Below, in pieces: positions 35,932 through 45,337 of a DNA stretch of 64,000 nt. Source of the stretch: Gammaproteobacteria bacterium (GTDB taxonomy: Bacteria > Pseudomonadota > Gammaproteobacteria > Ga0077536); the NCBI GenBank assembly GCA_020849475.1, contig JADLGE010000023.1, positions 8,153 to 72,152 on the forward strand, written 5' to 3'. Every line of letters starts with the position of its first letter. Positions within the stretch are counted from its first letter, which is position 1. The position numbers were made by a program, and so were the translations under genes. The notes beneath the pieces are model-generated. The model was not told the DNA's origin and did not search any database. It worked only from the letters and a program-made list of their open reading frames with translations.

Positions 35932-36765
35932 ATGAGCTACAAGGATATTGTCGTCCAGATTGCCGACGGCCCTGACTGCGCGACGCGCGTGAAGGTGGCC
36001 CTCGATCTTGCCACCCTGCATGGCGCCCATGTCACTGGCCTGTACGTCGAACCGCCGTTGCCGATGTCGGCCTTTCCGGAAATACCGGTGCCGGTCGAGA
36101 TCATCGACGCGCAGGAGGCCGCCGCCGCGCAGCGCCTCGCCGCCCTCGAGCAACAGTTCGCACAGGCCACCGCCCATGCCGGCGTGAACGCCGAATGGCG
36201 CGTCTCCCACGCGGATGCCGTCACCGCCCTCAACGTCAATGCACGCTACGCGGATCTGCTGGTCATCGGTCACAGCGAAGACCGCACTGTGAGCTGGTTC
36301 GATATCGCAGCCACCAAGCACATTGCACTCGAATCGGGACGGCCGGTGCTGGTGGTGCCCTGTCATGCCGCGGTCGCGAGCTTGGGCGAGCGCATCCTGG
36401 TGGCCTGGAACGGCAGCCGCGAAGCGGTGCGCGCGGTGCACGACGCACTGCCGCTCTTGAAGCGTGCGTCGTTCGTGCAGGTGGTGGTGGTCAATCCCAG
36501 TGTCGGCTACGGCGAACACGGCGCCGAGCCGGGCGCGGACATCTGTCGGCACCTGGCACGACACGGCGTGCAGGCCGAAGCCTATGTCGGCCATGCCGAC
36601 ACGCAGGCCATTGGCGCGGCGCTGCATCAGCAGGCCACCGCCATCGGCGCCGACCTGGTGGTGATGGGCGCCTACGGTCATTCGCGTTTTCGCGAACTGG
36701 TGCTGGGTGGCGTCACGCGGCACTTGCTGCAGCACCTGCCCGTGCCGATGTTGATGGCGCATTGA
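35932..36765 (+). CDS. Tandem-domain universal stress protein (UspA family)
   Basis: 277 aa, two USP domains. C-terminal ATP-binding-like motif MGAYGHSRFRELVLGGVTRHLLQHLPVPMLM. Confidence 0.85.
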   Translation: MSYKDIVVQIADGPDCATRVKVALDLATLHGAHVTGLYVEPPLPMSAFPEIPVPVEIIDAQEAAAAQRLAALEQQFAQATAHAGVNAEWRVSHADAVTALNVNARYADLLVIGHSEDRTVSWFDIAATKHIALESGRPVLVVPCHAAVASLGERILVAWNGSREAVRAVHDALPLLKRASFVQVVVVNPSVGYGEHGAEPGADICRHLARHGVQAEAYVGHADTQAIGAALHQQATAIGADLVVMGAYGHSRFRELVLGGVTRHLLQHLPVPMLMAH

Positions 36766-36800
36766 GGACGCGCGCGCGCTGACTGCCGCGCGCGGACAGC

Positions 36801-37991
36801 ATGGGCAACGTTTCCGTGGTCGATGAATTGCTGGGCCTCGACGCGCAGCCGGCAGCGCGCGGCGTCGCCGATTTCGCCGCCACCATCGCCGCCAGCAATG
36901 GCATGCTGATTCCGCTCGAGTTGCTGGTGCAGGCACGCCTGCCGGCCGGCGCCACCCATGAACAGGCCGCGCTGTTGAAGCGCGAGTACCGTCACAAGAG
37001 CCGCCTGCTCGACAGCGATCGGCCGCTACTCGCCTGCGTGTGCGACATCCTCGCCGACAGCACGCCCGAGCCCATCGCCCTTGCCGCCTGTGTGGCGGCA
37101 CTCGCGCCACCGGAGGTGCCGCGTGTGCTCGCCATGTCGCTCGATCTGGCGCGAGCCCTGACGGCACCGATAGAGGCTGACGAAATCATCATCCGCGCGG
37201 CGCTGAACAGCGACCCGCGGCACGCCGCCGCCGGTTTGCAGACCCTGCGCAGCGCGCTCGCGGCCCGATCTGATACACGACTGCTGGTGGTCCTGCATGA
37301 TGTCCGTAATGGCGTGGCCTCGCCCACCGCGCCCCACGACCTCATGCGAGCACTGGCGGATCTGGCGGACATGGTATGTGCGTTGCCGCTGCTGACACGC
37401 GCCCGTGGCACCGCGGCGGCCGCCCAGCGTGCGCTCTACATGGACACCGCGACCCGCCTGGACGCTCTGGGTCTCAAGCGCCTGGCGCCCGGCTTGTATG
37501 GGCAGCGACACGCGCGGGTGCCGGCGCGCCCTTCGGCGTGGCTCACGCGCATCATGAATCGCCTGCCGCAGGCCGACGTGCTGGGGCTGGGGCCGGCCGC
37601 GCACAGTCGCTTCAATGAAATGCATTTCGACAACCACACCGATGCCGGCCTGCACGCGCGCGACGTGAAGCGCGGCGGCTACGGCATCGCCCGCACCTAC
37701 GCCAGTTCGCCGCTTGAACAGTTCGTCGAAGCCTTGCTGCACAAGCTCGCGGGCGGCGGCGTGGTCGACGTCACGGCGCTGGCGGTGCGCTGTCAGTGCG
37801 CCTCGCCGATGTTCATGAAAGCATGCGACTCGACCATCGATGCGTTGCGCAACAGCGGTGCGCTAAGCGGCAAGGATGCGCGTCGGGTGAGCTTGCAGGC
37901 GAGCAACGACGCCCACTTCGGCGAGACGCATGCACGTCTCGGTCAATTACGCGATGCGCTACCGACCATCGCGCCCCTGGGCAAGTGGTGA
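36801..37991 (+). CDS. Hypothetical protein with HemN C-terminal-like region (no radical-SAM cysteine motif)
   Basis: 396 aa. C-terminal third resembles the HemN/HemW family (VLGLGPAAHSRFNEMHFDNHTDAGLHARDVKRGGYGIARTYASSPLEQFVEALLHKLA). The N-terminal half lacks CxxxCxxC. The stop codon is embedded in a 10-bp-stem hairpin. Confidence 0.45.
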   Translation: MGNVSVVDELLGLDAQPAARGVADFAATIAASNGMLIPLELLVQARLPAGATHEQAALLKREYRHKSRLLDSDRPLLACVCDILADSTPEPIALAACVAALAPPEVPRVLAMSLDLARALTAPIEADEIIIRAALNSDPRHAAAGLQTLRSALAARSDTRLLVVLHDVRNGVASPTAPHDLMRALADLADMVCALPLLTRARGTAAAAQRALYMDTATRLDALGLKRLAPGLYGQRHARVPARPSAWLTRIMNRLPQADVLGLGPAAHSRFNEMHFDNHTDAGLHARDVKRGGYGIARTYASSPLEQFVEALLHKLAGGGVVDVTALAVRCQCASPMFMKACDSTIDALRNSGALSGKDARRVSLQASNDAHFGETHARLGQLRDALPTIAPLGKW

Positions 37992-38016
37992 GGTGAGGCA
38001 TCACGCCTCACCTCAA
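37988..38016. terminator. Hairpin between convergent genes (possible bidirectional terminator)
   Basis: GAGGTGAGGC-ATCAC-GCCTCACCTC, a 10-bp perfect stem embedding the stop codon of the upstream + gene. No U-tract. Confidence 0.45.
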
Positions 38017-38030
38017 CTCAGGCAGCGGAA

Positions 38031-38447
38031 TTATTTCTGGATTGATCGCAGATAGATGATCATTTCCAGAATGCGGCCGCGCACCGCGGTTTCGGCGCCC
38101 TGCGCATTGGCGCCCTTCCAGTTGGAACCCCACACCGGCATGTCCTTGGTGCCATGCGCCCCACTCGGGCCGCGCCCGTCTATCGAGTCGTAGACGACGT
38201 TGAATGGAAACGTGCCGCCATTGTTCTTGGCGAGCAGGGTCAGATTGGCTGGCTTCTTGTTCAACAGCGCGGCGTACGGGCCGTCGCCAACGGCTTGCGG
38301 ACCGTGACAGACCGCGCAGCTCTCCATGAAGCGCGCCTTGCCGGCGGCTTCCACTGAATCCTCGGCGGCAAAGGCGGTGCTGCTGATCACCAGCCCAAGC
38401 ATCGGCAACAGGCCTCGAACGACAGCGCTGCGAAGATGTGCGTGCAT
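38031..38447 (-). CDS. Class I c-type cytochrome (periplasmic)
   Basis: 138 aa. Signal peptide, single CxxCH (CAVCHG), Met-containing distal region (KDMPVWG). Confidence 0.8.
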   Translation of the reverse strand: MHAHLRSAVVRGLLPMLGLVISSTAFAAEDSVEAAGKARFMESCAVCHGPQAVGDGPYAALLNKKPANLTLLAKNNGGTFPFNVVYDSIDGRGPSGAHGTKDMPVWGSNWKGANAQGAETAVRGRILEMIIYLRSIQK

Positions 38448-38555
38448 GTAAATCCTCCCATGGAAGCCGACATGGCTCAGAGGCAGGATAGGCGCGCGTG
38501 CTCGACCCTCGCTGACCCAAGTCAGAAAAGCGCGAGGTGCGTTGTCCGCTGCGCC

Positions 38556-39320
38556 TCAGGCGCTGGCGCTGCGCTCGGCTATCTTGTGCAAGGCCGAGCG
38601 CATGAGGATCTCGACCGATTTACCTTTCACCGCAATCGCCCCGGCATCCTGCAGACGGCCCAGCGCGCGGCTGATGGTCTCGGCGGCGAGACCGAGATAA
38701 TTGGCGATGTCGTAGCGCGACATCGACAGGAACAGGGATTGCTCGGCGCGACCGATGGCGCGGAAGCGGTCCGATAATTCCAGGAGGAAATCCGCCACGC
38801 GCTCATCAGCGCTGGCGTGATGCAGCCGCACGCGCGCATGGCGCTCGGCTTCAAAGCTCTGCATGAGTTTTGAAAAGAAACTGTGCAGCAAGCTGGCATC
38901 GGAGCGCAGCAGCGCTTCGAGATCGGTGGCCGACACTTCACACACCGTGCTGCGTTCGAGCAGCACCACGGACTCCGTGTACTGGCGATGCTCGAGCGAG
39001 GCCGCGCCGATCATATCGGTCGGGAAATGAAAACCCATCACGTCCTCGTGACCGTTTTCATTGATCTGGAACGACTTCGCCGAGCCCGAACGCACCAGGT
39101 AAAAAGCCCGGCGTGGTTCACCCTGACGATACAGAAACGCGCCGCGCGGCTGCGGCGTACCCGGCACGATCAAACCCATCAAGGAACGCGCGGCATCACT
39201 ATCGTGCATGTGATCCGGCAGACAGGCGGCACGCAGGCGACAGATATCGCAGGTCGCGGAGCGGCGTGCGCCGCCCGGCGGCAGACTGGTGCGTTGGTGA
39301 AGAGGCATTTCTGTGGCCAC
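38556..39320 (-). CDS. fnr: Fnr/Anr-type Crp-family transcriptional regulator (oxygen sensor)
   Basis: N-terminal Cys cluster CDICRLRAAC plus later Cys residues, a cNMP-binding-like beta-roll, and a C-terminal HTH (RYDIANYLGLAAETISRALGRL). Confidence 0.85.
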   Translation of the reverse strand: MATEMPLHQRTSLPPGGARRSATCDICRLRAACLPDHMHDSDAARSLMGLIVPGTPQPRGAFLYRQGEPRRAFYLVRSGSAKSFQINENGHEDVMGFHFPTDMIGAASLEHRQYTESVVLLERSTVCEVSATDLEALLRSDASLLHSFFSKLMQSFEAERHARVRLHHASADERVADFLLELSDRFRAIGRAEQSLFLSMSRYDIANYLGLAAETISRALGRLQDAGAIAVKGKSVEILMRSALHKIAERSASA

Positions 39321-39629
39321 CGGTATTCCTTGCTGTCGAGGGTGCGACGTGTCAGCGCGGGGCAGGCAGGCCGTGCGCTTGGGCAGGTGACCTGACGAAC
39401 AGCCCGGGGCGCCCGGCTATCGATTGAAGCGGAATCACCCGGGATGTGGGGCGAGCAGCGGCGTACACCCAATGCGGGGCGTGCCGGCTGCCCGGAATAG
39501 TGCCAAGAATGTGCGACCGCTTGCAATGCTCATCGCCGCTCATGCGCTTGCCTGGAAGCAGTACTGTGCTGCCTCCTCGCCCTCCTTCACGTCACTCACT
39601 CAGCGTTGAGTCAGTGTCGAACAGCGCGC

Positions 39630-39650
39630 CGTCCGTCATCGTGACGGACG
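39630..39650 (-). terminator. Candidate terminator hairpin downstream of deaD
   Basis: CGTCCGTCA-TCG-TGACGGACG, 9-bp stem, about 25 nt past the deaD stop. Weak U-tract. Confidence 0.35.
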
Positions 39651-39670
39651 TCAAGCACGACGCGATTGCG

Positions 39671-41953
39671 TCAGGGACGTCGACCCGGCCCCTTGGGTGC
39701 GCCCTTGTTCTTGCGATCACGATGACGGTCTTTCTTGTGATCCTTGTCGCGCACACGGTCCGTGCGGCGCGGCGTGGTCGGATCGCCAAGGCGACTGATC
39801 TGCAACTGCTGACCGCCAACCCAGATGCGCTTCAGATGCGACAGCATGTCGTTCGGCATGCCGAGCGGCAGATCGACCGTCGAGTAATCGTCATGAATCT
39901 GGATGCGGCCGATGTCGCGTGAATCGATACCGGCTTCATTGGCGATGGCGCCGACGATATTGCCCGGCATCACACCGTGGCGATGACCGACTTCCAGACG
40001 GAAGCCTTCCATGCCGGCCGGCGGCGGCGTGCGCACGGCGAGGCGCGCGCGACGATCGTCGCCTTCGCCGCGGGGTGGCCGTGTGTCGTTTTCGCGGAAC
40101 GGCGGGCGACGCTCGCCGTCACGTGGCGGGCGCTCGGCGCCAAAGCGCGGCGGACGATCGCCGTCGTTGCGCGGCGCATTGTCGTCACGCGGGAAGCGCG
40201 GCGGACGCTCACCGTCCTGGCGGTCATTCGGAAAACGCGGCGGACGGTCATCATCGCGACGCGGCGGACGCTCGTCGGCGAAGCGTGGCGGACGTGCGTC
40301 ATCGCGACGCGGGCCGCGGTCATCGGGAAAGCGCGGCGGTCTGTCGCCAAACGCCGGACGCTCACCCTCACGGCGCGGCGGTCTGTCACCAAACGGCGGA
40401 CGCTCGCCAAAGCGCGGACGCTCCTCGAAACGGCGCGGACCATCGTTCTCGGTGCGCACCGGGCGTGAGTCTTCGCCACGCGGCGGACGGCGCTCGTAAC
40501 CGCGCTCACCGCGCGGCTCATCTCGCTTCTCCCAGCGCGGCCCATCGCGGCGCGGCCGCTCATCGCGGGAATCACGGCCGTGGCGATCACCCCGCGCCGG
40601 CGGTTCCAGCAACAAGGGCTGGTCGCCCTGCACCATGCTCGCCAACGCGGCGGCGATGCGCGCCGGTTCGACATCGTGTTCGCGCTGATAGCGCTCGACG
40701 AGTTCGGCGAAGATTTCGAGATCGGCGGTCGCGAGGGTGTCGGTGATGGTCTGCATGAAGCGCCCGATGCGCTTGTCGTTGACCATCTCGGTGCTCGGCA
40801 AATCCATGCGTTCGATGGGCTGGCGCGTGGCGCGTTCGATGACACGCAGCATGTGCTGTTCACGCGGCGCGACGAACAGGATGGCATCGCCATGGCGACC
40901 AGCGCGGCCAGTACGGCCGATGCGATGCACGTAGACTTCGGAGTCGTTGGGGATATCGAAATTGATGACGTGGCTGATGCGTTCGACGTCGAGTCCGCGC
41001 GCCGCGACATCGGTCGCGACCAGGATGTCGAGCTTGCCTTCCTTCAACTGGTCGATGGTTTTTTCACGCATCTTCTGCGGCACGTCGCCGCTGATGGCGG
41101 CGCAGGAATAGCCGCGCGCATCGAGACGCTCGGCCAGTTCCATGGTCGCAATCTTGGTGCGCACGAAAATCAGCACGCCCTCGTAGTTCTCGGTCTCGAG
41201 GATGCGCGTCAAGGCATCGAGCTTGTGCAGGCCGCTCACCACCCAGTAGCGCTGACGGATGGTCGCCGCGGTGGTGGTGCTCAAGCGAATGCTGATCTGT
41301 TCCGGCTCGCGCAGGTAGCGCTCGGCAATCTTGCGGATCGGCGGCGGCATGGTCGCCGAGAACAAGGCCACCTGGCGTTCCGGCGGGGTCTGTTCCAGCA
41401 CCCACTCGACATCGTCGATGAACCCCATGCGCAGCATCTCGTCGGCCTCGTCCAGCACCAGGCAGGACAGCGCGGTCAGATCCAGCGTGCCGCGGCGCAT
41501 GTGGTCCATCACACGGCCCGGCGTGCCAACCACCACATGCACGCCACGGCGCAGGCCGCGCAGCTGCACGCCATAGTCCTGACCGCCATAGATGGGCAGC
41601 ACGTGGAAGCCCGGCATGCGCGAGGCGTAGGAATGAAACGCCTCGGCCACCTGGATGGCCAGCTCACGGGTCGGCGCAAGCACCAGCACCTGGGGCAGCG
41701 GCTTGTCGAGATCGATGCGCGTCAGCAGCGGCAGTGCGAACGCCGCGGTCTTGCCGGTGCCGGTCTGGGCCTGGCCAATCAGGTCGCGCCCCGCCATGAA
41801 ATGCGGAATGGTGGCGGCCTGGATGGCAGTGGGCGTTTCGTAGCCGACGTCGGACAGGGCGGCGAGCACGGGCTCGGACAGGCCCAGATCGGCAAAGGTA
41901 ACAGGGGTGGATTCGGTGGTTTCGGTAGTTTCGTCAGAAGAATTCGAGGACAC
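39671..41953 (-). CDS. deaD: DEAD-box ATP-dependent RNA helicase DeaD/CsdA with extended Arg/Asp/Pro-rich repeat linker and DbpA RNA-binding domain
   Basis: Motifs AQTGTGKT, DEAD, SAT, HRIGRTGRAG. C-terminal DbpA-type domain (GAIANEAGIDSRDIGRIQIHDDYSTVDLP). About 190-aa low-complexity region of RPPRF-like repeats in between. Confidence 0.9.
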   Translation of the reverse strand: MSSNSSDETTETTESTPVTFADLGLSEPVLAALSDVGYETPTAIQAATIPHFMAGRDLIGQAQTGTGKTAAFALPLLTRIDLDKPLPQVLVLAPTRELAIQVAEAFHSYASRMPGFHVLPIYGGQDYGVQLRGLRRGVHVVVGTPGRVMDHMRRGTLDLTALSCLVLDEADEMLRMGFIDDVEWVLEQTPPERQVALFSATMPPPIRKIAERYLREPEQISIRLSTTTAATIRQRYWVVSGLHKLDALTRILETENYEGVLIFVRTKIATMELAERLDARGYSCAAISGDVPQKMREKTIDQLKEGKLDILVATDVAARGLDVERISHVINFDIPNDSEVYVHRIGRTGRAGRHGDAILFVAPREQHMLRVIERATRQPIERMDLPSTEMVNDKRIGRFMQTITDTLATADLEIFAELVERYQREHDVEPARIAAALASMVQGDQPLLLEPPARGDRHGRDSRDERPRRDGPRWEKRDEPRGERGYERRPPRGEDSRPVRTENDGPRRFEERPRFGERPPFGDRPPRREGERPAFGDRPPRFPDDRGPRRDDARPPRFADERPPRRDDDRPPRFPNDRQDGERPPRFPRDDNAPRNDGDRPPRFGAERPPRDGERRPPFRENDTRPPRGEGDDRRARLAVRTPPPAGMEGFRLEVGHRHGVMPGNIVGAIANEAGIDSRDIGRIQIHDDYSTVDLPLGMPNDMLSHLKRIWVGGQQLQISRLGDPTTPRRTDRVRDKDHKKDRHRDRKNKGAPKGPGRRP
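40003..40588 (-). repeat. In-frame low-complexity coding repeat within deaD (RPPRF / DER-type units)
   Basis: Protein region of iterated ERPPRFxDDR-like units, for example ...GDRPPRFPDDRGPRRDDARPPRFADERPPRRDDDRPPRFPNDRQDGERPPRFPRDD.... It generates shadow ORFs in the other frames. Confidence 0.7.
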
Positions 41954-42211
41954 AGGGGGGTACCTTAAGAAGCTGCGTGCGACGGCGGTGTGGCCGAGGG
42001 AGGCCGCGAATTATAGGCGCTTCGCCGCAATAGTCACGAAAAGCGCATGATCGCACGACCTCCCAGCCGCGCCGCACGCGGCCAGCGGACGGGCTGCGCA
42101 GTCCGACCTTGTTTAACATTTCCGCGCTGGTCGCGACCCGGCGACCGGCCTAGCATGGCATCCACCGTGGGCGCGGCAACCGGCCGCTGCCTCTGCACAA
42201 GTAGCGGCCCG

Positions 42212-42550
42212 ATGGCACTCAGCGACACCCACCTCGTATTGATGTTCACCCCCTGGGCGCTGCTCGTGACCTTGGGTCATGTCGCCAAACAGGAGTTTCG
42301 CGCCCACCTGCGGCGCCGCCACCCCGAGGCCTACCGCCGCATCTACGGCGTGCATGCCGACCGCCGCCGCCACAGCGCTCTCGACCCCGTGGCCTGGCTG
42401 CTGCAACTACGCTTCGAAATGTCGAGCGCCTGGCGCGCCTTCGGCGACCATCAACTGGAACGCCTCGGCCAGCGTCTGCGCCAGCGCATGCTGGCCGCGG
42501 TGGTGCTTTACTTCGGCGCCGTGGGCTGGGTGCTGGCGGCGGGGCTGTAA
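42212..42550 (+). CDS. Hypothetical small membrane protein (doubtful)
   Basis: ORF in the gap between gloB and deaD, both on the opposite strand. Two hydrophobic segments. Could instead be a non-coding deaD leader region. Confidence 0.2.
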   Translation: MALSDTHLVLMFTPWALLVTLGHVAKQEFRAHLRRRHPEAYRRIYGVHADRRRHSALDPVAWLLQLRFEMSSAWRAFGDHQLERLGQRLRQRMLAAVVLYFGAVGWVLAAGL

Positions 42551-42600
42551 CGCTTCAACCGAATTCGCACCTGCAGCGCCCACCGCAATGGGCAAGCGCA

Positions 42601-43392
42601 TCACCAGGAATTACGCAGCTCCCGCAACTTCAGGAACACGGTCTTCGCGTCGACCTCGGCCGGCAGGTCCGGAAACGATTCGCGCAGCGCCGCGATCACC
42701 GATGGGCTGCGCAGACGGAAGAACGTGTTGACCTCTTTTTCCAGCGCCAAAGTCGAGACCAGCGGCGCATTCGGATCCTGTCCACTGACGGACTTCAGCA
42801 GCTCACCGGCACGCGCATTGTCCGGTTCGCGGTTCAAGGTGAAGCCGAGGTTGTTGGCGATGTAATCATGCCCGGGATAGATGAGGGTGTGGTCGGGCAG
42901 CGTCGCCAGTTGCCTGACGAAGGTGTCGTAGAGCTGCGCCGGGTGACCGCCGTGGTGGCAGTTGCCGGCGCCGGCGTTGAACAAGGTGTCGCCACAGAAG
43001 AGTGCCGGCGTGTCGGTGTGCGACAGCAGGCAGACATGGGCCAGGGTATGACCGGGAGTGTCGAGCGCTTCGAGTTCGACGCGCTTGCCAATCTTGATCA
43101 CATCACCCGCCTTGAGGCCGCGATCGAGTCCCGGAATGCTGTCCCGCGCGTTGGCATGGGCCAGTACTTTCGCACCGGTGGCGGCCACCACCGCGCCATT
43201 GCCGCCGATGTGATCATGATGCTCGTGGGTGTTCAGCACCTGGGTGATGCGCCAGCCGCGCGCCTTGGCGACCGCCAGGCACTTTTCATGATCGAGCGGA
43301 TCGATGGCCAAGGCCTCACCGGTTTCCCCACAGGCGATGAGGTAGTTGAAATTGCGGTAGGCATTACCGGTCCAGATCTGTTCAACGATCAC
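42601..43392 (-). CDS. gloB: Hydroxyacylglutathione hydrolase (glyoxalase II), MBL fold
   Basis: 263 aa. THEHHDHIGGN metal motif. GloB-like throughout. Confidence 0.85.
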   Translation of the reverse strand: MIVEQIWTGNAYRNFNYLIACGETGEALAIDPLDHEKCLAVAKARGWRITQVLNTHEHHDHIGGNGAVVAATGAKVLAHANARDSIPGLDRGLKAGDVIKIGKRVELEALDTPGHTLAHVCLLSHTDTPALFCGDTLFNAGAGNCHHGGHPAQLYDTFVRQLATLPDHTLIYPGHDYIANNLGFTLNREPDNARAGELLKSVSGQDPNAPLVSTLALEKEVNTFFRLRSPSVIAALRESFPDLPAEVDAKTVFLKLRELRNSW

Positions 43393-43580
43393 TTGCGTTC
43401 TCCTTCATTGCGCGCGCCTGCAAAGAAATTCACGAGGCGCCAGACCACAGGTTAGCACGCCCTCCGCTGGCGTCCGCGCTAGCATGTGGACGAGCAGTTC
43501 CTTACGCGAAAGCGTACTTGACGAATCGCGACCAGACCCGACAATGAAGTCATTCCCATCACCGCGGCCCGTCTCGAATC

Positions 43581-44531
43581 ATGAGCGCAGGAGAACGTTT
43601 ACCCGGTACGCCGGACCCCATGCACCGCTGGCCCGGCGTCGGCGGCGTGATGCTGGCAGGAGACAGTTGGGGGCCGAGCGATGGCCCCTTGATCCTGCTG
43701 CAACATGGCGGTGGCCAGACCCGTCATGCGTGGAAGGCTGCCGGCGAAGCGCTGGGCGCGGCCGGCTACCATGCCATTGCCTTCGACGCGCGCGGTCACG
43801 GTGATTCCGACTGGGCGCCGGACGGCGTCTATGGCCAGGACATCATGGTCGAAGACCTGTGTGCGCTCATCAAGGAACTGGGCGGCCAACGTCCGGTGCT
43901 GGTCGGTGCGTCGATGGGCGGCGGCACCAGCCTGGTGGCGATAGGCGAAGATCGCGTCGATGCCACCGCCCTGGTGCTGGTCGACATCGCACCGCAGATC
44001 GAGCCCGAAGGCGTGCAGAAGATCCAGGCCTTCATGAACACCAAACCCGAGGGCTTCGATTCACTCGAAGAAGTGGCGGCCGCCATCGGCGCCTACCAGC
44101 CACACCGCAAGCCACCGAAAGATCTGGCCGGCCTCGCCAAGAACCTGCGTCTGGCGCCCAACGGCAAGTATCGCTGGCATTGGGATCCACGCTTCATGCA
44201 GCTGCGCCGCGAAATGGACAAACGCTTCGAGCGTCTCTCGGCCTGCGCGCGCGCGCTGAAGCTGCCCACCCTGCTGGTGCGTGGCGGCCTGTCGGACGTG
44301 CTGTCGGAAGAAGGCGCGGCCAACTTCCTCACCCTGTGCACCCACAGCGAATACGTCAACATCACCGACGCCGGACACATGGTGGCCGGCGATCGCAATG
44401 ACATCTTCGGCAACGCGGTCATTGAATTCCTGACCCGCACCGTGCCGCTCGACGGGCAGCCGGTGCAAGCGGCGCACACGCCGCAACCTCATCATGAAGG
44501 GCCGCCGGGCGACGTCATCGACGTGCCCTGA
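43581..44531 (+). CDS. Alpha/beta-hydrolase fold protein
   Basis: 316 aa. Nucleophile-elbow GASMGGG. HGGGQTRHAW oxyanion region. Confidence 0.8.
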   Translation: MSAGERLPGTPDPMHRWPGVGGVMLAGDSWGPSDGPLILLQHGGGQTRHAWKAAGEALGAAGYHAIAFDARGHGDSDWAPDGVYGQDIMVEDLCALIKELGGQRPVLVGASMGGGTSLVAIGEDRVDATALVLVDIAPQIEPEGVQKIQAFMNTKPEGFDSLEEVAAAIGAYQPHRKPPKDLAGLAKNLRLAPNGKYRWHWDPRFMQLRREMDKRFERLSACARALKLPTLLVRGGLSDVLSEEGAANFLTLCTHSEYVNITDAGHMVAGDRNDIFGNAVIEFLTRTVPLDGQPVQAAHTPQPHHEGPPGDVIDVP

Positions 44532-44596
44532 ATCAACATCCAGCGCCGCCATCCACGCGGCGCGGCGCGCGAGTACAGAATGCGGGGAGCTATTGC

Positions 44597-45313
44597 ATGT
44601 CACTCAACAACACCACGGTGGTGGTCTTAGGCGGCAGTTCCGGCATCGGTCTCGCGACCGCCCAGGCCGCGCAGGCGGAAGGGGCGAGAGTCATCATCAC
44701 CGGCCGCGATGCTGGACGGCTGGAAACGGCGCGCGTCGCCCTGGGCGGTCATGCCGATGCCAAGGTGCTGGACGCCGCCGATGAAACCGGCACACGCGAA
44801 CTGTTCGCCGGCCTGCCGGCGCTCGATCATGTGTTCATCACCGCCGGCACCCTGGTGCTCGATGCGAAACTCGCGCCCGACACGTCGACGCTCGCGCCGG
44901 CCATGGACATGCGCGTCTGGGGCGCACTGTACGCGGCGAAATACGCGGCGCCCAAGATTCGCCCCGGCGGTTCGATCACGTTCATGTCCGGCACCGCCTC
45001 AAGAAGACCGCTGCCAGGCGCGTCGGTCGCCACCGCGTCCTGCGGTGCGGTCGATGCCTTCGCGCGCGGTCTCGCACTCGATCTCGCACCGATACGCGTC
45101 AACACCATCCAGCCCGGCTATGTCGACACACCCTTGTTCGACGGCATCTTCGGCGCCCAGCGCGACGAGATCCTGGCCGCCGCCGGCGCCAAGCTGCCGG
45201 TAGGTCGCATCGGTCGCCCCGACGAAATCGCACAGGCGGTGCTGTTCCTCATGAAAAACGGCTATGTCACCGGCATCAACCTGGTGGTGGATGGTGGCGG
45301 TTTGCTGGTGTGA
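44597..45313 (+). CDS. Short-chain dehydrogenase/reductase (SDR)
   Basis: 238 aa. VVVLGGSSGIGLATA Rossmann motif. YAAAKYA catalytic Y/K. Confidence 0.85.
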   Translation: MSLNNTTVVVLGGSSGIGLATAQAAQAEGARVIITGRDAGRLETARVALGGHADAKVLDAADETGTRELFAGLPALDHVFITAGTLVLDAKLAPDTSTLAPAMDMRVWGALYAAKYAAPKIRPGGSITFMSGTASRRPLPGASVATASCGAVDAFARGLALDLAPIRVNTIQPGYVDTPLFDGIFGAQRDEILAAAGAKLPVGRIGRPDEIAQAVLFLMKNGYVTGINLVVDGGGLLV

Positions 45314-45337
45314 CGCCGGCTGGCGTCATCCCTGTTG

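Noticed and set aside
35350-37167. 605-aa minus-strand ORF
   Set aside because: Spans MaoC, USP and the next gene in antisense. Arg/Ala/His-rich, no motif. Rejected as a GC-rich shadow ORF. The same reasoning applies to 6046..7101, 17449..18798, 21095..22012, 26769..28112, 31169..32416, 33168..34382, 40580..41968, 47250..48188, 49665..50828, 50738..52663, 53360..54457 and 59486..61006.
39919-40746. Several ORFs (39919..40746 +, 40011..40499 +, 39970..41010 -) in the deaD region
   Set aside because: They lie in alternative frames of the deaD low-complexity repeat. Their Arg/Ala/Pro-rich repetitive translations are frame-shadows of the RPPRF coding repeat.
42047-42211. N-terminal 55 codons of the 167-aa + ORF between gloB and deaD
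   Set aside because: The region is more plausibly the deaD promoter/leader on the opposite strand. Only the shorter hydrophobic ORF was kept, at very low confidence.
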